Of a stretch of DNA of 64,000 nucleotides, positions 56,040-64,000 are shown piece after piece. This stretch comes from a bacterium (GTDB lineage Bacteria; Patescibacteriota; Minisyncoccia; UBA6257; WO2-44-18). Made by a program: the position numbers and the translations under genes. The stretch spans positions 86,666-150,665 of the forward strand of contig JAUYHP010000031.1 of the NCBI GenBank assembly GCA_030689595.1, in the 5' to 3' direction. The notes beneath the pieces were generated by a model. That model did not search any database. It saw only the letters and a program-made list of their open reading frames with translations, and was not told where the DNA came from. Every line of letters starts with the position of its first letter. Positions within the stretch are counted from its first letter, which is position 1.

Positions 56040-57863
56040 ATGTGCGGCATTGCTGGTTTTAATTTTAAAGATGAGTCTTTGATGCAATCCATGATTGGCT
56101 CTATCGATCACCGCGGTCCTGATGACCATGGGGTATTTAGTGATGATAAAGTGACCCTTGGTCATAAACGATTGTCCATCATTGACCTATCTAGCGCTGG
56201 GCATCAGCCTATGTTCAATGATGATCGTAGCTTGGCGATCGTATATAATGGCGAAGTCTATAATTTTCAGAATCTTCGCCAAGAGTTGATAAATAAAGGC
56301 CATAAGTTCCGTAGTCGCACTGACACGGAAGTGATCCTAAGGGGCTATGACGCTTATGGCGAAGATGTATTTAATAAATTGCGAGGCATGTGGGCGTTAG
56401 CTATTTATGACAGGCGACACAATAGGATTGTATTGTCGCGAGACTTTTTTGGCATTAAGCCGCTGTATTATTATCACGACGCAGATAGCCTAGTGTTTGC
56501 CTCAGAGAGCAAGGCAATAATTACATTTCTTAAGAAAAGAAATATCAAACTTCACAATTCACCAGAGGGCCTAGCTAGTTATTTTGTTCTTGGTTATACC
56601 CCGCAACCCCTAACGATGTCGCAGGAGATAAAGAAGGTGGCCCCTGGAGAAATAATAGAATTTGATTTGGCGAGCAGGCGGATTGTGTCTAAGTCATTGC
56701 TTTGGCCACAAAGCATTGGAGTTAGTGATCCCAAAGATTTTGAAATGGTAATGTTGGAAAGTGTAGAGCGCCACTTGATATCTGATGTTCCGGTCGGGGT
56801 ATTTTTGTCAGGTGGAGCAGACTCGACGCTTATCGCTCTTTTGTTAAAAAAATTAAACCAGAAGTTGAAGGCCTTTACGGTGAGGATTCCCGGTAAAAAA
56901 GATGCTGACTTTGCTGGCAAAATTGCTAAATTTGCCAACTTAGATCATGAAGAAATAGTATTTGATGATGATAAGTTCGAAGAGATGTATCAGAAATTGT
57001 GGCTCATGCTTGACCAGCCCGTAGCTGACACATCTTTGTTGCCCAGCCTGCTAGTGTCTCAAGTAGCTTCTAAATCGGTTAAAGTGGTTATGGCGGGCGA
57101 GGGCGGGGATGAGCTTTTTTGGGGCTACGATCGCCACCAGTCATTAATGGGCGCGAACAATATTTTGGAGCCTAGTAAATTTGTCGAATGGCTAAATAAT
57201 AGGCGCCAGCCCACTAGTGATTTGTATCTAAGGTATTTAAGGCCTATTTTGAGGCGCTTGCGTCATAGTGGCCTGAAACGACGTGGAGATTTTTTGGGTT
57301 TATATTTAGAGCTGACCAATCTTAGTAATGATTTTGTTAGTCGTATAGAGCTGCATAGATATTTTGAACGACGGCTCAATGGTGTTAAGCCAGAAGTTGG
57401 CTCCTTTGATAGAATGTTCTACTTGCCGGATGACCTTTTGTATAAAAACGATTTTGCTACTATGGCGAATACAATAGAGGGCAGAGTGCCGATATTAGAC
57501 AAAGAAGTTTATGCGTTCACTAATGGATTAGCCACTGAATACAAGTTGAGTAATGGGGTTAGCAAAAAGATAGTTAAGGACTACCTAGCCGCTAGCTTGC
57601 CGCCAGAATTGATTCTGCGGTCGAAAGAGGGGTTCAGCATACCTATAGAGCCATTTATATTGAAACACCACAAGAAGGACATAGAAGAGGGCATAGCTTA
57701 TTTACTGGATTGTCATATTGAATATATTGATCGTCGAGTGTTGAGTAAATTACTCTCTGACGAAAATTATTTTGTTCTAATAAGCAAAAAATTTCCATCA
57801 TTGTTATTTATGATATTAGTCTTTTATAAAACCACTTCAAAATATCAATGGGCCGATCTATAA
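56040..57863 (+). CDS. asnB: Asparagine synthase (glutamine-hydrolysing)-family amidotransferase
   Basis: N-terminal MCGIAGF nucleophile and the SGGADS PP-loop. Confidence 0.85.
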   Translation: MCGIAGFNFKDESLMQSMIGSIDHRGPDDHGVFSDDKVTLGHKRLSIIDLSSAGHQPMFNDDRSLAIVYNGEVYNFQNLRQELINKGHKFRSRTDTEVILRGYDAYGEDVFNKLRGMWALAIYDRRHNRIVLSRDFFGIKPLYYYHDADSLVFASESKAIITFLKKRNIKLHNSPEGLASYFVLGYTPQPLTMSQEIKKVAPGEIIEFDLASRRIVSKSLLWPQSIGVSDPKDFEMVMLESVERHLISDVPVGVFLSGGADSTLIALLLKKLNQKLKAFTVRIPGKKDADFAGKIAKFANLDHEEIVFDDDKFEEMYQKLWLMLDQPVADTSLLPSLLVSQVASKSVKVVMAGEGGDELFWGYDRHQSLMGANNILEPSKFVEWLNNRRQPTSDLYLRYLRPILRRLRHSGLKRRGDFLGLYLELTNLSNDFVSRIELHRYFERRLNGVKPEVGSFDRMFYLPDDLLYKNDFATMANTIEGRVPILDKEVYAFTNGLATEYKLSNGVSKKIVKDYLAASLPPELILRSKEGFSIPIEPFILKHHKKDIEEGIAYLLDCHIEYIDRRVLSKLLSDENYFVLISKKFPSLLFMILVFYKTTSKYQWADL

Positions 57864-57870
57864 CAAATAT

Positions 57871-58563
57871 ATGTCTGATAACAAAATTACAAAAGAAGAG
57901 ATAGCGCGTGGTTATGATGAATTGGCCGATCATATGGCCGATGGTGGTTTGGCCTACAGTTTTTATAATAAAGTAGCTACCTTCAGCCGCCCCTATCGTG
58001 GCCATATTTTGGATGTGGGTTGCGGTTCTGGGATTCTGCTGCAACGAGCTGGGCGCTTAGCCGATGCCGGAACAAAGTTTTACGGATTGGATATTTCTCC
58101 CAAGTTGTGTGATTTAACCAGAGCTAATAATCCCGAGGCCGAGGTGTCTTGCGGCGATGCTGAAGATATGTCCTATGACGACAATAAGTTTGACATGGTG
58201 CTGATGACTGAAGCGTTGGAGCATATGCTTGATTACAACAAATCTCTTTCAGAAGTGCGTCGTGTTTTAAAACCCGGAGGTAAATTTATTGTTACTGTGC
58301 CTAATAGGGATTGGTTGAGATATGACTTTTATGACAAGATTCGCAATAAAGAATTGCAGCCGGTTGATGACCACTATTTTAGATTTGAGGAAATCAAATC
58401 GTATTTAGAAAATAACTCTTTTGGGATAGAAAAAATTCGCGGCTTGGATAATCTGTATTATTATGGCTGGAAGCACAATATCGAAGAAGCGGCGGCATTT
58501 TTCTTGCCATTTTTGCACAAGAAGATGAAAAGATTGTTATTCAGATGTATTAATCAAAAATAA
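57871..58563 (+). CDS. Class I SAM-dependent methyltransferase
   Basis: ILDVGCGSGILL (motif I) and LKPGGKFIVTVPN. Confidence 0.7.
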   Translation: MSDNKITKEEIARGYDELADHMADGGLAYSFYNKVATFSRPYRGHILDVGCGSGILLQRAGRLADAGTKFYGLDISPKLCDLTRANNPEAEVSCGDAEDMSYDDNKFDMVLMTEALEHMLDYNKSLSEVRRVLKPGGKFIVTVPNRDWLRYDFYDKIRNKELQPVDDHYFRFEEIKSYLENNSFGIEKIRGLDNLYYYGWKHNIEEAAAFFLPFLHKKMKRLLFRCINQK

Positions 58564-58567
58564 CGGA

Positions 58568-59701
58568 ATGAGGATCGCTATATTCAGTTATATAATGGAT
58601 CGTAAAGCTATGGGAACGGCTTTGCATACTCGTGAGATAGTGGATAATCTGCTAAAGATAAAGCGCCCCGAAGACGAAATATATCTTGTCCATCGAAAGA
58701 AGTATGACCACCCGTTGTATAATCATCCCGAGATTAATGAAATCGTAATGCCCAAAGTGCCGACGCCGCGTTTAGCCAATGTGATATCGGAGGCCATTTT
58801 TTTATGGAAGACTCGCAATGATTTCGATGTTATCCATTATACACAAGAGGCCATTTACCCATTATTTTGGTTATCTAATGCTAAAATTGTAGTTACCATA
58901 CACAGCGCGGCTGAGGGTTGGCGTGACTATGCCATGAGGATCAGGTGGTGGTTAGTCTATTTAACTTTCAAAATTTTTAAGAGGAGACTCGATGCTATTA
59001 TTTCGGTTTCTGAAACCACCAGAAAAAGCTTTCAGAGTTATTTCAATATTCCAAGAGAAAAGATACATGTGATTCGCGAAGGAGTGATTGAGGCTTTTCG
59101 TGATCGGCATGATAGGCTGGCTTCCGAACGGCTGGCTTCAGAGAAATATAATATCAGATTGCCATATATCTTTAACGGTAGTCGTGTGGATCCACAAAAA
59201 AATATACCAGGATTGATTAAGGCCTTCGCTAAATTAAAGAAAGATCATAACATTCCACATCAATTAGTCGTTGGGCCAAAGCATTGGCCAAAAAAAGAGG
59301 TGAAACGAGTTGATGGTCTTATAGAAAACCTCAAACTCGAAGAAGATGTTGTATTTATTAAGTACGTCGAAGAAGAAGATATGCCCAGCTTATATTTTGG
59401 CTCTGACCTTTTTGTCTATCCATCTCTTCACGAAGGCTTTGGCTTGCCGTTGTTGGAGGCTATGGCCGCTGGAGTGCCGATAGTAACTGGCAATACTTTC
59501 TCAATGCCAGAGATTGCTGGTGATGCGGCCTTATTGGCTGATCCTTACGATCCATCAGACATAGCTTCAGCCATGTGGAAGGTATTGGATGATGCAAAGC
59601 TTAAGCGTGAATTGGTTAGACGTGGGAATGCTAGGGTCAAGAATTTTGGTTGGAATAAAATGACCGGAGAAATATTTGAGCTGTATAAGCAATTAGTCTA
59701 A
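58568..59701 (+). CDS. Glycosyltransferase family 4
   Basis: EGFGLPLLEAMAAGVPIVTGN motif. Confidence 0.75.
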   Translation: MRIAIFSYIMDRKAMGTALHTREIVDNLLKIKRPEDEIYLVHRKKYDHPLYNHPEINEIVMPKVPTPRLANVISEAIFLWKTRNDFDVIHYTQEAIYPLFWLSNAKIVVTIHSAAEGWRDYAMRIRWWLVYLTFKIFKRRLDAIISVSETTRKSFQSYFNIPREKIHVIREGVIEAFRDRHDRLASERLASEKYNIRLPYIFNGSRVDPQKNIPGLIKAFAKLKKDHNIPHQLVVGPKHWPKKEVKRVDGLIENLKLEEDVVFIKYVEEEDMPSLYFGSDLFVYPSLHEGFGLPLLEAMAAGVPIVTGNTFSMPEIAGDAALLADPYDPSDIASAMWKVLDDAKLKRELVRRGNARVKNFGWNKMTGEIFELYKQLV

Positions 59702-59720
59702 ATAATTTATATCCAAAACT

Positions 59721-60152
59721 ATGGAAATGCCACTATCAGAAATAATAGACCGTTATACTATCTTGAAATTAAAGATGGAGCGGCTTTCTGATGCACAAAA
59801 AAACGCAGAGGCCCTGCTAGCTCACGAGTTTGCGACATACAGCCGTGCTTTAGAAGAGTTTAAGTCTGGGGGGGTCAGTATAAAATCTGAATGGCTTGAC
59901 GATTTATACAAAATTAATGGCCGCTGCTGGGACCTTGAGGCTGATATACGCCAAGGCAAAGAGGGTGATTTGGGCTTAGAGGAAGTCGGGCGACGAGCTA
60001 TAATGATTAGAGATATTAATCAGAAAAGGGTTGCGGTAAAAAATATTATAGCTCGCGAGACAGGACTAGGTTTCCAAGAGGTAAAGATCAATCACGCTTC
60101 TGCGGACACCGGTTCTTATGATGTTGATAGGCCCAACCCGACCTTAAGCTAA
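59721..60152 (+). CDS. Hypothetical soluble protein inside the glycan locus
   Basis: 143 aa with no TM helices. No family recognised. Confidence 0.4.
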   Translation: MEMPLSEIIDRYTILKLKMERLSDAQKNAEALLAHEFATYSRALEEFKSGGVSIKSEWLDDLYKINGRCWDLEADIRQGKEGDLGLEEVGRRAIMIRDINQKRVAVKNIIARETGLGFQEVKINHASADTGSYDVDRPNPTLS

Positions 60153-60153
60153 T

Positions 60154-62553
60154 TTGTTTAATAGAATAGAAAATTTTGGCGAACGATGGTATGGGGTTAC
60201 TGTTCTGCTAGCCCTATTGTTTATTTTAGCATTTGCGCCATTGCTGTTGGGTGGGCAGTTAGTTTTTGACGATGATTTACTTGGAACCTTCTATCCTTAT
60301 TATCATTTTTATTCTCAATCGATCGATAGTGGCGATAGCTTTCTCTGGAATCCAAATTCATCATCTGGCTATCCACCATTCGTAGGCATAGTGAATTCAT
60401 TATTATCGCCAGTTACTTATTTGTTGTCTGTTTTGCTACCGCCCTTGGCTAATTATCATTGGACGCTGTGGTTCTATATAGTTTTGGCGATATTTTTCTG
60501 TGATCTTTTTTTGCGTGATGTGGGCATCAAATTTTGGGGACGACTGATCGGTGCGCTAGTCTTTGTCAGCGGGCCGATATTTTTGAATCTGGATATTTCT
60601 ACTATAGCGCCGATGTATGCTCTGCCATTAATGTTGTTTTGTTTATGGCGCATTAAGCACAGTCAGAGATTGTGGGCCTATGTCATTTTGGGTGGTATTG
60701 GCCTGACGGTTTCTTGGCTGGCTAGTTTTCAAGGGTTCTTATTGCAGGTTTTTATATTTGCTGGTGCGTTCGTGTTGGTTCTAGGTTGGAAAGATCGAGT
60801 TGTTTTGCGTCGGTTGATTGCGGCTTTGATTTTAATAGTGCTGATTGCAGCAGCTTTAAGCTCCTTTTATCTGTATTGGGGGTCAACACTTGCTAGCTTA
60901 TCAGAGCGTGCTGGAGGGTTGAGTTATGAGCAATCGGCTGTAAAAGCTACTACGCTTTGGGATTTATCTAGATTCTGGCTGCCTAGTTTTAAGGTTAATT
61001 ATTTTGCCATTAGTCAGGCCACGCTTTATTTAGGATTTTTGCCATTATTTTTCTTTGTCTTAGCATTTTTTAAACGCCAGACTAACAGGCTTTATTATTT
61101 TTTCTTGCTAGCTTATGCAGTGGCGTTTCTTATTAGCATTAAATATTCGCCACTTTTTTGGATTTTGCAAAAATTACCCATTCTAAATTTATTTAAGGTG
61201 CCGAGTAGGTGGATGTTCACCAGTTCATTTGCGGCGGCCTTTTTAATAGCTACCAATGTAAATATAATTTTTGATTCAACGGAAAAAATTGGCAAAAAGA
61301 TTTATAGCTGGTTTGCTCGGGTGAATTGTACAATAGCCGCCATCATAGCGGTGGCGTCGTCATTATTTATATTTGGCTATGATAGGATATTAGCTTTTTT
61401 AAAAAGTCTTTTCTTAGCGAATTTTTATGCAGGCACATCGCAAGCCATACCATTAGATTCTTATTACCGACTTATAGAAACTTGGTTGGGCAATTTCAGA
61501 AGGGTTTTTGACTTATCAGTAGCCACAGTTTTTTGGCCATTTATATTTATGGTTTTGGGTTTGGCCCTGCTGTGGATTTTTTATAGCAAACAGATTTTAG
61601 ATAATAAATCATTCATTCGTTGGGCTGGCGTTCTGACAGTCTTTAATTTTCTATTTGTTCTCTACAGTTTTTACCCCACTTTCAGCCAAAAAATAGTTGA
61701 GGATAAATCACCAACTATAGAATTTTTACAGCAACATCCGGGCAAGTTTTTATCTTTTTTGCCTAATAGGCCTCATCATGAATACGCCGTCTCACCTCAC
61801 GATCTTACGATTGAGACTCAAGTCGCCCCTTGGCTATTGGGGTTGAATTCTGACATTCATCTATTATATGGCTTGGATGGCGCTGGCAACTCCGATTCCT
61901 TGTTGAATCGTCGTATGGGGAGATTGTTGGCGGCAGTGGGTGAGGGCTCAATTTTGGGTGAATCTGAAGAGGTTAATTTGATAGATCAATTGGTTACACC
62001 CGAAGAGAAAATTAAAACTTTGGAAAGTCGCCGCAACTTGTTAGATTGGCTTGGCATTCGTTATATTATCACTGCCTACGAGCTTGGAGAGCCTTTTAAA
62101 AAAGTTTTGACTACTCGTAATCAGCTACCATATGACTACGAAGTTTTTATTTATGAGAATCCAAGTTATCATTCGTCGGCTTATTTATCGGAGAACGTTG
62201 AGATTATGAAGCAAGACGAGCATATTTCTTTTCGGCGAATGTTTAATGCCGCTAGTGCCGATGTAGATATCTTAGAATGTATTACTGAAGCTTGTTTGGG
62301 TTTGGCCAACGGGTCGTTGGCAGACAACGATGGAGTGCATATAGTAGAGCGGCATAACGATTCTATAATTTTGACTGCTGAAACTGATCGGAGTAGGTTG
62401 CTGGTGTTGCTACAAAATAATTTACCGGGTTGGCTGGCTACTATTGATGGCCAACCGGCGGAAATATTGATGGTCAATGGTACATTTATTGCCACAATAG
62501 TGCCTACGGGCGACCACAAAATAGAATTCAAATATAAGCCATGGAAAATTTAA
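60154..62553 (+). CDS. Large YfhO-like / GT-C-type membrane protein
   Basis: 799 aa with 12 or more TM helices. N-terminal loop has LVFDDDLLGTFYPYYHF, as in YfhO-family glycosyltransferases. Followed by a sugar nucleotidyltransferase and a GT2. Confidence 0.45.
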   Translation: MFNRIENFGERWYGVTVLLALLFILAFAPLLLGGQLVFDDDLLGTFYPYYHFYSQSIDSGDSFLWNPNSSSGYPPFVGIVNSLLSPVTYLLSVLLPPLANYHWTLWFYIVLAIFFCDLFLRDVGIKFWGRLIGALVFVSGPIFLNLDISTIAPMYALPLMLFCLWRIKHSQRLWAYVILGGIGLTVSWLASFQGFLLQVFIFAGAFVLVLGWKDRVVLRRLIAALILIVLIAAALSSFYLYWGSTLASLSERAGGLSYEQSAVKATTLWDLSRFWLPSFKVNYFAISQATLYLGFLPLFFFVLAFFKRQTNRLYYFFLLAYAVAFLISIKYSPLFWILQKLPILNLFKVPSRWMFTSSFAAAFLIATNVNIIFDSTEKIGKKIYSWFARVNCTIAAIIAVASSLFIFGYDRILAFLKSLFLANFYAGTSQAIPLDSYYRLIETWLGNFRRVFDLSVATVFWPFIFMVLGLALLWIFYSKQILDNKSFIRWAGVLTVFNFLFVLYSFYPTFSQKIVEDKSPTIEFLQQHPGKFLSFLPNRPHHEYAVSPHDLTIETQVAPWLLGLNSDIHLLYGLDGAGNSDSLLNRRMGRLLAAVGEGSILGESEEVNLIDQLVTPEEKIKTLESRRNLLDWLGIRYIITAYELGEPFKKVLTTRNQLPYDYEVFIYENPSYHSSAYLSENVEIMKQDEHISFRRMFNAASADVDILECITEACLGLANGSLADNDGVHIVERHNDSIILTAETDRSRLLVLLQNNLPGWLATIDGQPAEILMVNGTFIATIVPTGDHKIEFKYKPWKI

Positions 62554-63236
62554 ACCCAATAACTAAAGCAATTATACTAGCAGCCGGGCGTGGTACGCGC
62601 ATGCGTCACTTAACCGAAGATGTGCCCAAGCCGCTTTTAAAAGTTGGTGGCAAACCTTTTTTGGATATTATTTTTGACGCTTTACCAGAAAGCATTCGTG
62701 AAGTGATCGTAGTAATTGGCTACAGAAAAGATTTGATAAGAAATCACTTGGGCACCAACTACAAAGGCAAAAAAATAGATTATGTTGTTCAAGAAAAACT
62801 TACTGGCACTGGTCATGCGGTTTTATTAACTAAGGATTTGTTTGATGATGGCGAGAGGTTTCTAGTTTTTTATGGCGACGAGTTGATAGCCAAGAATGAT
62901 GTTGATGCCGTGCTTGAGCATGATCTTGGTTGGTTGTGTTGGGAGGTGGTTAATCCCAAGGCCTCGGGCATCGTAACTGTAACGGTGGAGGGGTTGATAA
63001 CTGAAATCGTTGAAAAGCCCAAAAAGCCTAAGTCTAAACTAGGCGTCGGAGGTCTAATATCGCTCAACGCCGATATCTTTAATTATGTACCCGATCAGCA
63101 CGAAACTGGTGAATATTATTTAACCGATATGATGAATCAATTTCTTAAAGATCATAAGGTACATGTAGTTATTGGTAAAAATCGCCCGTCTTTTAGTTCG
63201 CCAGAGGATATTTCTGCCGTTCATGAGACTGATTGA
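62541..63236 (+). CDS. Sugar-phosphate nucleotidyltransferase
   Basis: AIILAAGRGTRMRHLTEDVPKPLLKVGGKP is the G-x-G-T-R nucleotidyltransferase signature. 231 aa. Confidence 0.7.
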   Translation: MENLNPITKAIILAAGRGTRMRHLTEDVPKPLLKVGGKPFLDIIFDALPESIREVIVVIGYRKDLIRNHLGTNYKGKKIDYVVQEKLTGTGHAVLLTKDLFDDGERFLVFYGDELIAKNDVDAVLEHDLGWLCWEVVNPKASGIVTVTVEGLITEIVEKPKKPKSKLGVGGLISLNADIFNYVPDQHETGEYYLTDMMNQFLKDHKVHVVIGKNRPSFSSPEDISAVHETD

Positions 63237-63267
63237 AAATAAGCCATTTTTCGCCTAAGCTATAAGC

Positions 63268-64000
63268 ATGATTAAACTTTCGATTGTGGCGCCGGTTTAT
63301 AACGAGGAGGCATCAGTCAAGGAATTACACCGGGAAATCGTAGCGGCGATTAATCCTCTAGGATATAGCTATGAGATTATTTTTGTTGACGACGGCTCTA
63401 GTGACGACACTGTCAAAAATGCTATTGAATTAAAACCATTAAAATTGGTATCTTTGCAGCGAAACTATGGTCAGACACCAGCTATTGATGTAGGCATCAA
63501 CCAGGCGCATGGTGAGATTATAGTTTTGTTGGACGCCGATCTACAAAATGATCCAGCTGATATACCGAAATTGTTGACTAAGATGGAGGAGGGCTATGAC
63601 GTGGTTATCGGTCAGCGTCAGGGTAGAAAAGAAAAATTGGGCCGAGTTATTTTTTCAAAAATAGCTAATTCAGTCGCGCGCGGCTTGTTGGGTGTGAAGA
63701 TACACGATTTTGGTTGCGGCCTCAAAGCTTATCGCAGTCGTCTAATCAAAGATTTTCGTTTATGGGGTGAGTCGCAAGTATTCTTGCCAGCAGTTGCCAA
63801 GAGTCGCGGCGCCAAAATAGGCGAAGTGTTTGTTACTTATCACCCACGTCAATTTGGTAGCGCTAAGGTAAAAATATCTAAAATGGTGCGCGGCGTTTTG
63901 GATTTATTTAGTATTGTGTTCTTCGTAAAATATTTTTCTAAACCTCTTAGATTTTTTGGTGGTTGGGGTCTGGTGTCTTTATTTTTGTCGGTTATAGCCT
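63268..64000 (+). CDS. GT2 polyprenyl-phosphate sugar synthase (GtrB/ArnC/DPM1-like), 3' end cut by the window edge
   Basis: LSIVAPVYNEE…IFVDDGSSDDT…LDADLQND and a downstream membrane anchor beginning FFGGWGLVSLFL. Confidence 0.75.
   Translation, partial: MIKLSIVAPVYNEEASVKELHREIVAAINPLGYSYEIIFVDDGSSDDTVKNAIELKPLKLVSLQRNYGQTPAIDVGINQAHGEIIVLLDADLQNDPADIPKLLTKMEEGYDVVIGQRQGRKEKLGRVIFSKIANSVARGLLGVKIHDFGCGLKAYRSRLIKDFRLWGESQVFLPAVAKSRGAKIGEVFVTYHPRQFGSAKVKISKMVRGVLDLFSIVFFVKYFSKPLRFFGGWGLVSLFLSVIA

Noticed and set aside
55881-56165. 94-aa minus-strand ORF overlapping the asnB start
   Set aside because: It overlaps the conserved MCGIAGF N-terminus of AsnB on the opposite strand and is most likely spurious.
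1-64000. CRISPR arrays, rRNA genes, transposases or integrases
   Set aside because: No regularly spaced direct repeats, no rRNA-like conserved stretches, and no ORF with DDE, HUH or tyrosine-recombinase motifs were seen.

Overview
This 64 kb window is low-GC (about 40%) and gene-dense, and looks like a reduced-genome bacterium of the Candidate Phyla Radiation (Patescibacteria) type; that assignment is inference. It spans the chromosomal origin region: rpmH-rnpA-yidC-jag on the minus strand facing dnaA-dnaN on the plus strand, with an AT-rich candidate oriC between dnaA and dnaN. It then carries housekeeping and DNA-repair genes: a class A PBP, ruvC, yebC, pilB, ruvB, tsaE, a 5'-3' exonuclease, fpg, holA-like, rpsT, uvrB, ruvA, a MurE-like ligase, clpB, eukaryote-type glutamine synthetase, glyA and folD. 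Other elements:
- A minus-strand tRNA array (Lys-UUU, Leu-CAA, Leu-UAG, Leu-UAA) that abuts a small GC-rich islet encoding a lipoprotein.
- A three-gene operon of secreted proteins that includes a TrbC/VirB2-like pilin.
- A 1215-aa Ser/Thr-rich surface protein with a peptidoglycan-binding domain, behind a long structured leader.
- A roughly 30 kb glycan-assembly locus (34.1-64 kb) built from repeated modules of GT2 polyprenyl-phosphate sugar synthase, flippase-like protein and GT-C membrane transferase, together with seven GT4 enzymes, WecB, AsnB, two methyltransferases and a sugar nucleotidyltransferase.

The most notable part is inside that locus: a clear homologue of mycobacterial decaprenyl-phosphate phosphoribosyltransferase (UbiA family, Rv3806c-like), followed by an SDR epimerase/reductase and a HAD phosphatase, and facing a GT-C-like protein. 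That is the gene logic of a lipid-linked pentose (decaprenyl-phosphoryl-arabinose-like) donor pathway, here outside the Actinobacteria. No CRISPR array, rRNA or recognisable transposase was seen. Everything rests on reading the sequence and ORF translations directly; no database searches were run.
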